DNA of 63,814 bases, the filler included, from Octopus bimaculoides (taxonomy: Eukaryota), in assembly GCF_001194135.2 (NCBI RefSeq). It is 10 parts of 8 records of this genome, joined end to end, with 100 filler letters (N's around TTAATTAATTAA, not from the genome) between each part and the next. Parts side by side here need not be neighbours in the genome. Positions count along the whole stretch, not along the records: positions 30,226 to 40,965 come from NC_069000.1; positions 41,066 to 49,142 come from NC_068997.1; 8 more parts are not named here. One strand, written 5' to 3'. Made by a program: the position numbers and the translations under genes. Below, in pieces: positions 34,027-46,315 of this stretch. The notes beneath the pieces are model-generated. The model worked only from the letters and a program-made list of their open reading frames with translations. It was not told the origin of the DNA and did no database searches. Position 1 is the stretch's first letter. Every line of letters begins with the position of its first letter.

Positions 34027-34790
34027 GGGGGGCACATGGATTAGTGGTTAGGGTGTTGGATTCATGATTGTGAGATGGTGGTTTTGATTCTTGGACTGGG
34101 TGATGTATTGTGTTCTTGGGCAAAACTCTCCATTTCATGTTGCTCCAGTCCACTCACATGGCAAAAATGAGCAGTCCTATGGTGGACTGGCGTCCCATCC
34201 AGGTGGGGAATATATGAGTCACAGAAACCAGGAAATCAGCATTATGAGTCTATATGACTCAGAAAGAATCTTTATCCTTTTTGTGGAGGCACATGGTCTA
34301 GTCGTTAGGGTGTGCGACTCATGATCATAAGATTGTGGTTTCGATTCCTGGACCAAGCGATATGTTGTATTCTTGAGCAAAACACTTCATTTCATATTGC
34401 TACAGGATACTCAGCCAGCAAAAGTGAGTAATCCTGTGAAGGGCCAGCAGCCCATCCAGGTGGGGAATATTTGCACCACAGACACCAGAAAACCAGCTTT
34501 ATTAGTCTACATGACTCAGAAAGGATCTTTATCGTTTTTGTGGAGGCACATGGCTTAGTGGTTAGGGTGTTGAACTCATGATCATGAGATTGTGGTTTCA
34601 ATTCCTGGACTGGACGATGTATTGTGTTCTTGAGCAAAACACTTCATTTCACACTGCTACAGGACACTTAGTTGGCAAAAATGAGTAATCCTGTGATGGA
34701 CCGATGTCACATCCAGGTGGGAAAATATATGTGCCATAGGAACTGGGAAACGGGCCCTTATGGGTCAGTATGACTCACGAAAGAAGGAAT
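34027..34790 (+). mobile_element. three head-to-tail family B SINEs (period ~257 bp)
   Basis: Heads G(G/A)GGCACATGG..TAGT at ~34027, ~34285 and ~34542; junction ATCTTTATC(C/G)TTTTTGTGGAGGCACATGG twice. Confidence 0.9.
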
Positions 34791-34835
34791 TTGAATAATA
34801 AAAGGCAAAGTGAAACTGGGTGGAGTTTGCACGAG

Positions 34836-35150
34836 GTGTAGGTATGGCTGTGTTCACGTTGCAGCCATGTGGTTTCAGGTTCAGTCCCACTATGCAGCAT
34901 CTTAGGCAAATGTCTTCTACTATAGCCCCAGACTGACCAATGCCTTATGAGTGAATTCAGTAGATGGAAACTGTGTAGAAGCCCGAGCCCGTCATATACA
35001 TGTGTATGCTTGCGCTCGCATGCCCACGTGTGTGTGTGTGTGTGTGTGTGTGCATCTTTGTAATTGTCCCACCACTACCACCACCACCACTTGTGAACTG
35101 GTGTTGGTTTGTTTACATCCTTGTTAGCAGTTTGTACAAGGAGACTAATC
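34836..35150 (+). mobile_element. family C SINE, diverged
   Basis: GTATGGCTGTG...GGTTCAGTCCCACT...TCTTCTACTATAGCC...(GT)n...GGTGTTGGTTTGTTTACATCC. Confidence 0.8.
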
Positions 35151-35409
35151 CCTCTGGTCCAGGAATTGTAACTTCATTCTTGTGATGCACCTCCTTCACA
35201 GAGGGAGAACATAAAGCGGCAGGAACCCTCTTGACTTACAAGGTACAGGGTAAGCCCTCTAGTGCTAGTACAATGATAGAATGTTCTAGTACATTCTCTA
35301 AAGTGGTTGTCAGATGAACCAAGACATCCTAAGTTCAAGAGGATCTGTTAGTCTTCTCTTGTTGAGGACACAACAGCATTTCTAGGGTTAGTGTCATGAG
35401 GAAATGAAT

Positions 35410-35685
35410 CTAATCATCATCATCATCATCATCATTGTAATCATCATCATTACCATTGTTGCTGTCATTGTCATCATTTAACAGCCACTTTTCCATGCTT
35501 GCAAGGGTCAGATGGAATTTGTTGAGGCAGATTTTTCAACAGCCTGATGCCCTTTCTGTTTCCAACCGAGGTAATATTTCCCCATGGCCAGACATGTTTG
35601 CAATGGAAGACTAGAATTGAACAACCTCAATTGTATGATGGTGATGCTCTTTTACAACCATCATCTGAAGTCTGGACAAGGCTAC
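35410..35685 (-). mobile_element. family E retroposon
   Basis: (CAT)n...TTCCATGCTTGC...GATGCCCTTTCTGTTTCCAACC...GGCCAGACATGTT. Confidence 0.65.
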
Positions 35686-35717
35686 ACACACACACACACA
35701 CACACACACGTATGTGT

Positions 35718-35749
<32 letters not shown>

Positions 35750-35751
35750 GC

Positions 35752-35786
<35 letters not shown>

Positions 35787-35991
35787 TATTATTTGATAAT
35801 AAATCATATGATATGCACCTGCTAGCTTACTAGTAAAGCATGTTCATTTTCACAGTGTTCATTGGGTATTTGATTAATGAGAGAAACAGAAAATGGGTCA
35901 AAGCAATTATAATGATCAATAAACATTCTCATATCTTCCATCTCTCTCATTAATCAAATATATATATATAAATACACATACATACAACTTT

Positions 35992-36156
35992 GACAGGCTT
36001 CTTTCAGTTTCTATGAACCAAATCCACTAACAAGGTTTCCGTTGGCCTGGGGCTATAATAGAAGACACTTTCCCAAGGTGCCATTCAACAGGACTGAACC
36101 CAAGACCCTATAGTTGGGAAGGAAGCTTCTTAAACCACAGAGTTACACCTGTGCCT
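35992..36156 (-). mobile_element. family C SINE 5' half
   Basis: GGCTTCTTTCAGTTTC...GCTATAATAGAAGACACTTTCCCAAGGTGCC...GGACTGAACCC. Confidence 0.8.
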
Positions 36157-36454
36157 GTAATTTGTAAAGTATTTAATGTTAGGAAGAGCATATGGATGTA
36201 GAAACCTTGCCGAAAAATAAGTGCACAAGTGAAACATGGTCCCACCACCACCACTGCCAACCACCCCTGCAAGGGCAATAACTCTGACTGAGACCTGACT
36301 CCAGACAGCAAGGAGAATGGACATGAAACTGTGATGTACTCCAAGACACCTCTTAAAAGACAGAATGGTCATAGGCTAGAATGTCTTTGGCCATAGGTCT
36401 ACTTAGTCAGGTTTAATCTCAAACTAAACAGCAACAACAAGAACAGGTGCAGGT

Positions 36455-36660
36455 GTGACCTGACTCAAACGTCTGACCCACTCGTACACTTCTGTGTAGC
36501 TCATACACTCCTCTCCAAACACTTTCCACAACTTTGCGCAAGCCTCTGAGCAGGTATTGCCATGACAACTTTCTCTGTCATGGTCAATATGGCTATCACA
36601 CGCTACACACTTTCCTTCCAAGCACTGCTGTAAACAGCAGAAGTGAGCTAGAACATTAAG
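36455..36660 (-). pseudogene. mariner transposase N-terminal (HTH) fragment
   Basis: KLWKVFGEECMSYTEVYEWVRR resembles the mariner paired-like HTH region. Confidence 0.55.
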
Positions 36661-36794
36661 ACTTAGTGCACATGCACAGCAGAGTTCAAGATCAACCTTT
36701 GCTAAGCAGCTTCACTCTGCATGCTTTAGCTTCGTTACTATGGCAGCAATCCGGATACTTATTGATCAGACCACGTAGTATATATACATACATA

Positions 36795-36945
36795 CATCAT
36801 CATCATCATTTAATGTCTGCTTTCCATGCTAGCATGGGTTGGACGATTTGACTGAGGACTGGTGAACCAGATGGCTATACCACACTCCAATCTGATCTGG
36901 CAGAGTTTCTACAGCTGGATGCCCTTCCTAATGCCAACCATTCTG
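36795..36945 (-). mobile_element. family E retroposon 3' part
   Basis: (CAT)n TTTAATGTCTGCTTTCCATGCTAGCATGGGTTGGACG...CTGGATGCCCTTCCTAATGCCAACC. Confidence 0.8.
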
Positions 36946-37816
36946 NNNNNNNNNNNNNNNNNNNNNNNNNNNNNNNNNNNNNNNNNNNNNNNNNNNNNNN
37001 NNNNNNNNNNNNNNNNNNNNNNNNNNNNNNNNNNNNNNNNNNNNNNNNNNNNNNNNNNNNNNNNNNNNNNNNNNNNNNNNNNNNNNNNNNNNNNNNNNNN
37101 NNNNNNNNNNNNNNNNNNNNNNNNNNNNNNNNNNNNNNNNNNNNNNNNNNNNNNNNNNNNNNNNNNNNNNNNNNNNNNNNNNNNNNNNNNNNNNNNNNNN
37201 NNNNNNNNNNNNNNNNNNNNNNNNNNNNNNNNNNNNNNNNNNNNNNNNNNNNNNNNNNNNNNNNNNNNNNNNNNNNNNNNNNNNNNNNNNNNNNNNNNNN
37301 NNNNNNNNNNNNNNNNNNNNNNNNNNNNNNNNNNNNNNNNNNNNNNNNNNNNNNNNNNNNNNNNNNNNNNNNNNNNNNNNNNNNNNNNNNNNNNNNNNNN
37401 NNNNNNNNNNNNNNNNNNNNNNNNNNNNNNNNNNNNNNNNNNNNNNNNNNNNNNNNNNNNNNNNNNNNNNNNNNNNNNNNNNNNNNNNNNNNNNNNNNNN
37501 NNNNNNNNNNNNNNNNNNNNNNNNNNNNNNNNNNNNNNNNNNNNNNNNNNNNNNNNNNNNNNNNNNNNNNNNNNNNNNNNNNNNNNNNNNNNNNNNNNNN
37601 NNNNNNNNNNNNNNNNNNNNNNNNNNNNNNNNNNNNNNNNNNNNNNNNNNNNNNNNNNNNNNNNNNNNNNNNNNNNNNNNNNNNNNNNNNNNNNNNTTAA
37701 ATAAACATTCCTCCATACAATGCTCTTAATTCAGAGAACGTTCATTTGTTGAGATTTTATTACTACCTCCTACTAAGAAAGCTATTTTCCCTTCTCATAT
37801 ATATATTTGCACTATA

Positions 37817-37853
<37 letters not shown>

Positions 37854-38094
37854 TTATATTTGTATATATGTATGTATAGTGTTGTTGTTTTTTTTTTGGC
37901 TCATTTTTGGTTTTGGTTCCAAATGTTTCTTAGATACAAAGGTGTTTTGTTGACGAACTCATGGAGCCATGCATTCATTCCGATATCGTCGAGTTCACCG
38001 GTTACATAACTCCATGCGAAATCTGGTGCCATAAATTAACATAATTACACCCGTGTTTTTTTTTTTCCTCAAGGCACCTTGGTACATCATCATC

Positions 38095-38575
38095 ACTACC
38101 ATCATCATTATCATCATCATCATCATTATTTTAATGTCCACTTCCCCATGTTTGCATGGGTTAGACTCACAGAATCTATTGAGGTTGACTTTTGACAGGT
38201 GGATACCCTTCCTGTTGCCAACACTCATTTCTAAGCAAGGTGATTAATATTTCGCGTGACCAGACATGTTCATGCATTATGTTGGAAATGAATGATACTA
38301 CTTTGTATGACTGTGACTCTCATTTACACCTATCGTGTGATGCTAAGGCTAGGAGACAGAAACATTCACACACACACACACACACCTGGTGATGGTGCCA
38401 TGTAAAAAGAGCACCCAGTACACTCTGTAAGTTGGTTGGTGTTAGGAAGAGTATCCAGCCATAGAAACCAAGCCAGAACAGACAAGGCAGCTTGGTTTGA
38501 CCCTCTGGCCTTACTAGTTCCTGTCAAACCCTCCAGCCTATGACAGCACAGAAAACGGACATATCTAGACCAAAT
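38095..38575. mobile_element. two family E copies back to back (- 38095-38370; + 38390-38575)
   Basis: GGATACCCTTCCTGTTGCCAAC on one and GGTTGGTGTTAGGAAGAGTATCCAGCC on the other. Confidence 0.65.
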
Positions 38576-38721
38576 ATTCTATCTGCTTTATGTTCAAATT
38601 GGTCAGATCTGTCTTCTCACACTTACCCTGCAATGTCATTCTAAAAGTAAACAATCAACTCTGTAAAATCTTGAAGCTACAAACTAACATGCGATTAATT
38701 TTTTAAAATGTGATTGAATGG

Positions 38722-39118
38722 GTAGAGGCATGGCTGTGTAGTAAGAAGTTTGCTTCCCAACCACATGGTTCCAGGTTCAGTCCTACTGTGTGGCACCTTG
38801 GACAAGTGTCTTCTACTATAGCCTTGGGCCAACCAAAACCTTGTAAGTGGATTTAGTTGCTGGCAACTAAAAGAAGCCAGCCATATATACATATGTGTGT
38901 CTTTGTCTCTATGTTTGTCCACCACTTGGTAACTGGTGTTGGTGTATTTACATCCCTGTAACTTAGCAGTTTAGCAAAAGAGACCAATAGAATAAGTACC
39001 AGGCTTACAAAGAGAAAATGTACTGGTTGATTCATTCAACTAAAATTCCTCAAGTGGTGCCCCAACATGGCCACATACAGTCTAATGATTGAAACAAGTA
39101 AAAGGAAAAAGATAAAGT
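38722..39118 (+). mobile_element. family C SINE, full length
   Basis: Head GGCATGGCTGTGTAGTAAG, CORE-like CACCTTGGACAAGTGTCTTCTACTATAGCC, tail ..AATGATTGAAACAAGTAAAAG. Confidence 0.9.
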
Positions 39119-40311
39119 TGGAAGAGTATTAGACCAATGATTTAAAGATCCCAGGTTCAATCCCGAGTTTCGGCATCCAGTGGCTGGTTTGCCTTCTTTT
39201 CAACATGGTGCCCCAGCATGGCCTCAGTCTAATGATTGAAACAAATAAAAGGAAAAAGATAAAGTTGGAAGAGTGTTAGACCAATGATTTAAAGATCCCA
39301 GGTTCNNNNNNNNNNNNNNNNNNNNNNNNNNNNNNNNNNNNNNNNNNNNNNNNNNNNNNNNNNNNNNNNNNNNNNNNNNNNNNNNNNNNNNNNNNNNNNN
39401 NNNNNNNNNNNNNNNNNNNNNNNNNNNNNNNNNNNNNNNNNNNNNNNNNNNNNNNNNNNNNNNNNNNNNNNNNNNNNNNNNNNNNNNNNNNNNNNNNNNN
39501 NNNNNNNNNNNNNNNNNNNNNNNNNNNNNNNNNNNNNNNNNNNNNNNNNNNNNNNNNNNNNNNNNNNNNNNNNNNNNNNNNNNNNNNNNNNNNNNNNNNN
39601 NNNNNNNNNNNNNNNNNNNNNNNNNNNNNNNNNNNNNNNNNNNNNNNNNNNNNNNNNNNNNNNNNNNNNNNNNNNNNNNNNNNNNNNNNNNNNNNNNNNN
39701 NNNNNNNNNNNNNNNNNNNNNNNNNNNNNNNNNNNNNNNNNNNNNNNNNNNNNNNNNNNNNNNNNNNNNNNNNNNNNNNNNNNNNNNNNNNNNNNNNNNN
39801 NNNNNNNNNNNNNNNNNNNNNNNNNNNNNNNNNNNNNNNNNNNNNNNNNNNNNNNNNNNNNNNNNNNNNNNNNNNNNNNNNNNNNNNNNNNNNNNNNNNN
39901 NNNNNNNNNNNNNNNNNNNNNNNNNNNNNNNNNNNNNNNNNNNNNNNNNNNNNNNNNNNNNNNNNNNNNNNNNNNNNNNNNNNNNNNNNNNNNNNNNNNN
40001 NNNNNNNNNNNNNNNNNNNNNNNNNNNNNNNNNNNNNNNNNNNNNNNNNNNNNNNNNNNNNNNNNNNNNNNNNNNNNNNNNNNNNNNNNNNNNNNNNNNN
40101 NNNNNNNNNNNNNNNNNNNNNNNNAAAGTATGGTAGCTTGATGTAGTGACTCAGTGATTTCTAATTTATGGATTTCTTAACGTTAACGTGCATGTGAAAG
40201 TTTATGCTAGACACACATTCACTTACACACACACACACACACATACACACACACAGAAAATACATGCATAAATCTATATGTATGTATGTGTGAGTACATA
40301 TCTATTTAGTC

Positions 40312-40347
<36 letters not shown>

Positions 40348-40395
40348 GTATGTATATATATTCATACATACATGCATTTGTATATCTTAGATATG

Positions 40396-40633
40396 CAGTA
40401 ATCCCTCAACTATCACAAGTGTTACATTCCAAAACCCCTTGCGATAGGTGAAAATCTGCAAAGTAGAAACAGTACTGTACTGTATATTGTTTGAAAATTA
40501 TTTTTATAATTTGAATATATTTACTTTATTACAAATGCAAAACAACACAATGGAGGAATTGACGTAAGCTTAAATAATAAACTGCAATAGGTGAACCATG
40601 ATAGGTGAACCACAATATGGTGAGGGATTACTG
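40396..40633. mobile_element. pogo/Tigger-like MITE
   Basis: TIRs CAGTAATCCCTC / GAGGGATTACTG; TA on the right, TG (decayed TA) on the left. Confidence 0.75.
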
Positions 40634-40704
40634 TATATATATCTATATATATGTATATATATATGCACACACATATATATATACAAACATGCATGTATCT
40701 AAAT

Positions 40705-40884
40705 ATCATCATCATCGTCATCGTTTAACGTCCGCTTTCCAAGCTGGCATGGGTTGGACGGTTTGACTGAGGGCTGGCAACTCAGAAGGCTGCACCAGGC
40801 TCCAATCTGATCTGGCAAAGTTTCTACAAATGCCAGATCAGATTGGAACCTGGTTCAGCCTTCTGGCTTGCCAGCCCTCAGTCA

Positions 40885-40886
<2 letters not shown>
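40705..40886. mobile_element. family E fragment with a fold-back duplication (56 bp arms)
   Basis: 40762-40817 is the near-perfect reverse complement of 40831-40886, with a 13 nt loop. Confidence 0.9.
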
Positions 40887-40924
<38 letters not shown>

Positions 40925-41218
40925 TATACATACATACATGTATATATGTTTGTGTGTGTGTATATNNNNNNNNNNNNNNNNNNNNNNNNNNNNNNNNNNN
41001 NNNNNNNNNTTAATTAATTAANNNNNNNNNNNNNNNNNNNNNNNNNNNNNNNNNNNNNNNNNNNNGGCCAACCTGGTCCCTGTAATTATTGATTTTTTTT
41101 CTCCTCCGCGTACATTGTGAGATGAGTTGCTGCATTTTTGCATTGGATATCAATTATGTAAAAGCATGATTTGTGCTATCGTTCCAAGTGATTGTGAGCG
41201 ATCCATGTTACGCTATGC

Positions 41219-41569
41219 CAGGGGTTCTCAACTATATATTTTTTATCCATGGACCTATTTGATTATTATTTTATTCTGGTGGACCGCCATAGCCATTCAA
41301 TGTTTAAAATCTAGTTTTATAGGAAATTCTTTCAAAATACTCTTTTTCTTTTACACATTAACTTGTGTCGGTTGAACTATGTAAAATGTTAGAGAAAGAA
41401 ACCTTGCTGTTTCTTACAATAGATACCAATGCATACATCTAAAGCATAATCTTTTCAGGGGCCCTTAGAATACTAATGTGGATCCCCAATTTACTATTTT
41501 GTTGTGTGGAACCCCCAAAGCCTTATATGGACCCTCAGGGGCCATATGGATCCCGGTTGAGAACCACTG
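41219..41569. mobile_element. hAT-type MITE
   Basis: TIRs CAGGGGTTCTCAAC / GTTGAGAACCACTG; 8 bp flanks CGCTATGC and CGTTATAT (5 of 8 match). Confidence 0.7.
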
Positions 41570-41751
41570 CGTTATATTGTCTGGTGGTGACTCGCATTTA
41601 GTAAGTGTTGTGAGAGTTGTACTCTTGGATGCTTAATGTATGTATTGTGAGTTGTGTGTAAGAGATTGTTCTGTGTGGGTTGCGCTATTAAATCGACAGA
41701 TCTCAGAATTTTGTTGTTAATGATTAGCTTTTGTTACTTTAAAAGTATTTA

Positions 41752-42766
41752 GTACAGGCGTGGCTGTGTGGTAAGAGGCTTGTTTCTCAACTACATGGTC
41801 TCGGGTTCAGTCCTATTGCGTGGCACCTTGGGCAAGAGCCTTCTACTATAGCCTCGGTCTGTGTGCATGTGTCTTTCTTTCTCTTTCTTTCTCTCTCTCT
41901 CTATATATATATAATTTATATATATCTATATATATAAAACTGAGAATGTGTGTGTGTCTGTATGTGTGGATCACTAAAACTCGAGAACTACCAAACCGAT
42001 TTCATTCAAATTTTACACATACACTACTTAGGGTCCATGGGGTGTCATGGGTCAAAAACATTTTCAACTTCTTGCATAATGCGATATATATATATATGTA
42101 CATATATATANNNNNNNNNNNNNNNNNNNNNNNNNNNNNNNNNNNNNNNNNNNNNNNNNNNNNNNNNNNNNNNNNNNNNNNNNNNNNNNNNNNNNNNNNN
42201 NNNNNNNNNNNNNNNNNNNNNNNNNNNNNNNNNNNNNNNNNNNNNNNNNNNNNNNNNNNNNNNNNNNNNNNNNNNNNNNNNNNNNNNNNNNNNNNNNNNN
42301 NNNNNNNNNNNNNNNNNNNNNNNNNNNNNNNNNNNNNNNNNNNNNNNNNNNNNNNNNNNNNNNNNNNNNNNNNNNNNNNNNNNNNNNNNNNNNNNNNNNN
42401 NNNNNNNNNNNNNNNNNNNNNNNNNNNNNNNNNNNNNNNNNNNNNNNNNNNNNNNNNNNNNNNNNNNNNNNNNNNNNNNNNNNNNNNNNNNNNNNNNNNN
42501 NNNNNNNNNNNNNNNNNNNNNNNNNNNNNNNNNNNNNNNNNNNNNNNNNNNNNNNNNNNNNNNNNNNNNNNNNNNNNNNNNNNNNNNNNNNNNNNNNNNN
42601 NNNNNNNNNNNNNNNNNNNNNNNNNNNNNNNNNNNNNNNNNNNNNNNNNNNNNNNNNNNNNNNNNNNNNNNNNNNNNNNNNNNNNNNNNNNNNNNNNNNN
42701 NNNNNNNNNNNNNNNNNNNNNNNNNNNNNNNNNNNNNNNNNNNNNNNNNNNNNNNNNNNNNNNNNN

Positions 42767-42818
<52 letters not shown>

Positions 42819-42915
42819 CTTGTCCCTACCTCCGCTTGGCAACCGGTGTTGGTGTGTTTACGTCCCAGTAACTTTACGGTTTGGCAAAAGATATAGATAG
42901 AATAAGTACCAGCCT
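41752..42915 (+). mobile_element. family C SINE split by a Helitron-like insertion and a gap
   Basis: Head at 41752-41860 and 3' part at ~42800-42915 (GGTGTTGGTGTGTTTACGTCCC...ATAGAATAAGTACC). Confidence 0.7.
41925..42095 (+). mobile_element. non-autonomous Helitron-like 5' end
   Basis: A|TCTATATATATAAAACTGAGAATG(TG)n...AAACCGATTTCATTCAAATTTTACAC; 5' TC after A and a microsatellite-bearing start. Confidence 0.5.
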
Positions 42916-43060
42916 GAATTCAAATTTTACCGAGGTCGACTTTGCCTGTCATCCATTCGGGTTCGATAAAATAAGTACCAGTTGAACACTGTGGTCGATG
43001 TAATCGACTTAGTCCCCACCCATCCCCGAAATTACTGGTCTTGTGCCAAAATTTGAAGTC
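42916..43060 (+). mobile_element. family A SINE, 5'-truncated
   Basis: GAATTCAAATTTTACCGAGGTCGACTTTGCC...GTCTTGTGCCAAAATTTGAA. Confidence 0.85.
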
Positions 43061-43892
43061 CTTATGACTTTTGCTGTTGTTACCATCAACGAGTGCAGCC
43101 GCGTTTACTTCTGTTCTCTTTGTAGTCTTTGATTTCGTTTTTCCAAAGGTTTTTTTTTCTAAAAAAATACTGACTCATATTTTTATGTTCGTTTAACTGT
43201 TTTCCAATGAGCTTTTATTTAATTAATTATTGCTAGATTTTGAAAAAAAAAGAATTCTATCGAAAATTTTATTTCCTTTTGCTTCGACTTGACATCGTTG
43301 GATGTCAAAATTTTCATTTCCTGCATTAATATTTTTACATCCATTCTAATATTAGTTTCATAAGCGTCGTATTAATATTTTTACATGCAAAATTCTTTTA
43401 TAAGTAGTAATATTCCATTAAATTATTTTTTTTACAAAATCCCCACCTTTATTCGGATTTTATTTCAATATTTTGGATCCGTTTTTCTTGGTTTAACTTA
43501 TTTCCGTAACAGTGTCAAGTTAATCGAATAACCCTTCAACAAAAAGAGAGAGAAAAAAAACTATAAATTTTATGAACAAAAAACAAAAATAAAAGCAAAG
43601 CAAAAACCAAAACACAAACAACTTTGCTTTGCAGCCAGATATACATTTTACAGACACGGAAGACTTTATTTTCTTGAGGAAAATATATTATTGAGTGGAT
43701 ATGAGATCTCACTTGGCGGCGGCGGCGGCAGTGGTAATAACAACAACAAAAACAGCAACAACAACAACAACAACAACAACAACAAATAACATTGATACTT
43801 ACACACAGGCAAGAAACGTCACCGAAAGAGAAGTGTACAAACATAGGAATTCTACCAATTCTACTTGTTTTAGCCGAGTTGCATCTAAGATT

Positions 43893-44251
43893 TACTCTTT
43901 TACTCTTTTATTTATTTAGGTCATTTGACTGCGGCCATGCTGGAGCACTGCCTTTAGTCGAACAAATCGACCTCAGGACTCATTATTTGTAAGCCTAGTA
44001 CTTATTCTATCAGTCTCTTTTNNNNNNNNNNCACACACACATACATATACACATACGCACACAAACGCGCGCGCGCACACATATATATACGACGGGCTTC
44101 TTTCAGTTTCCTTCTACCAAATCCACTCACAAGGCTTTGATCGGCCCGAGCCTATAGTAGAAGACACTTGACCAAGGTGTCACGCAGTGGGACTGAACCC
44201 GGAACCATGTGGCTGGTAAGCAAGCTATTTACCACACAGCCACCCCTCGCC
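43893..44251 (-). mobile_element. family C SINE, full length
   Basis: Tail TTACTCTTTTACTCTTT..CATTTGACTGCGGCCATGCTGGAGCAC; head ..GGGACTGAACCCGG..ACCACACAGCCAC. Confidence 0.9.
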
Positions 44252-44879
44252 TAAGAGTGAAAGAGACACGGTCCGACAATAGAACGTTGGTTAAGTTGCA
44301 CCCATAAAGACTGTCTGATTGCATAAAAAATTAATCAAGGAGCAGACAAGGGGAAAACTAATCTGCCTTTATCTTACAAATTATGCGAATAAGCTTTCTC
44401 TATACCTTTAAAAGAGTCGGATAAAATAGGCTGTAGCAGATGTCCTGACCAGCTTCTTGCACTTAGACAGGAGCAAGTTCTACGGCATTATCGACTTAAC
44501 CTTCATGACCAAGATGAGGATCCAGGGGCGAAGTATTCGCTCATTAGCTTGTGATCCAGTACATGGGAAGTGTAATATAAAGGAAACAGTAAAGGCATAG
44601 CAAATGCTATTAATCTGTAACTCACTGTCATCTAGAAAGGTATGGGAGGATGATGAGCGAATAAATTAAAGGCAAACGATATGTGGATGGCAAGTATCAT
44701 CATGAATTTGTAAGTCGTAAATGACCACCCCGCACGCAAAGCTATTCCAGTGCTGTGCCTCATTTTTGGCGATGAAACGAAGGTTAATATAACTGGTGGT
44801 GCAGCTGTGACAGCAAACACCACTTGAGCTCTTTCTTCCTCGGGTAGTTGGAAAAACAGTGAAAGATTAGTCAAGTTCT

Positions 44880-45438
44880 GAAGGTTGGTGCTCTAACAGC
44901 ACGTCAGTCGCTCCACCGAGTACAACTCAGAGGATATCTTGTAAACCTATTTCGTCATCGGTCTCAGAAATTGATGACCAAAAAGCACGCACCTAGGCAT
45001 CAAAGAATCCGTTTTCCAGGAGGGATACCCATCCATTTGCAATGACGAGGACAAAATGAAGGCTGGCGAGGAATGGAAGACTTGGAGAAAAATATTAATA
45101 AAAGTCAACCCAAACGGAAAACTTTTAAAAGACAGATGACCGAAATTCTGGAAATTGCACAACAACAACAATGGTCTGTTTAGTTTGTTGTATGAATGAG
45201 AGAAGAAAAATCCACCCAATTTGAAGATTATGAGGATGGATCGAAAGCTGGATGTTCACTACAGAGAACAGCCAGGGACAGAAGTAGTTTTAAGTATAAA
45301 AAATATGAAAGAATAAAGTGCTTTTTCCCAGAAGACCTGATATCATTTCTTGACAAACCCAGCGAAGAGATGCTTACGGATGCTTTAAGTGACCCCTTAG
45401 AAAAATACAATCTGTGGCGGGCGAACAAAAATGTGTGA
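44880..45438 (+). pseudogene. possible LINE ORF1 relic
   Basis: Coding-like fragments (KRKTFKRQMTEILE, YERIKCFFPEDLISFLDKPSEEML) with stops; no diagnostic motif. Confidence 0.25.
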
Positions 45439-45674
45439 AAAGGGGTAATTCCAAAGGTCTTTCCTGTCTTATCTTAAGTGCTATGCCTTGTTTTAAGTAT
45501 AGTGTTTCATAATATTTTTATATATATTTTGAGCTTATTAAATTTTTAAGTCGACTCTTTTATAACGTCCTCATCCCTCATCTCATTTTCAGATAACTTT
45601 GTTTTCCAGTCCCTTGTATGTGGTAACTCCTATGTGTACTACGCTTATTGTCTTGGGTGTTTAGGCCTTACACC

Positions 45675-45834
45675 TCCGAGTTCGACTTTGCCTTTCAGCT
45701 GTCGAGATCGATAAAATAAGTACCAGGGAGCATTATAATCGATGTAATCCATTTCGACCTCCCACTCAAAACTGTTGGCCTTGTGCCATAATTAGAAAGG
45801 ATAATTATAATTATCATTATCATCATCATCATCA

Positions 45835-45885
<51 letters not shown>

Positions 45886-46100
45886 GTATTAAGGCAGCGA
45901 GCTGGCAAAATTGTTAACCGGGCAAAATGCTTAGCGGTATGTCGTCCGTCTTTACGTTCTGAGTTCTAATTCTGCTGAGGTCGACTTTGGCTTTCATCCT
46001 TTCGGGGTCGATAAATTAAGTACCAGTGAAACATTGGCGTTGATATAATCGACTAGTCCCTACCCTACAAATTTGAGGCCTTGTGCCTCCAGTAGAAAGG

Positions 46101-46110
<10 letters not shown>
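45675..46110 (+). mobile_element. two family A SINEs (45675-45800 partial; 45890-46110 full), separated by (ATT)n
   Basis: AAGGCAGCGAGCTGGC...GAGTTCTAATTC...GGCCTTGTGCC...AGAAAGGATT(ATT)n. Confidence 0.85.
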
Positions 46111-46129
<19 letters not shown>

Positions 46130-46151
<22 letters not shown>

Positions 46152-46315
46152 GAGTGAGAGAGCAATGCATGCCATCAAAATGACGCTGAGGTAAAATATA
46201 CGAAGCCCATTATACCCATCATGACTACCCGTCTGATAAGGGTACACCAGGCACATGCATCACAACCATATGTGCGCGACATGGTGATCTCGTATTAAAA
46301 TTAACAGCGAGTGCA
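46130..46315 (-). mobile_element. retroposon 3' end with (AAT)n tail
   Basis: (TTA)n-GAGTGAGAGAGCAATGCATGCCATC...; recalled as a common interspersed repeat, not verified. Confidence 0.45.

Noticed and set aside
39055-39305. ~100 bp direct duplication of a SINE tail plus flank
   Set aside because: Runs into a gap and may be a haplotype overlap at a contig end; cannot be distinguished from a real duplication here.
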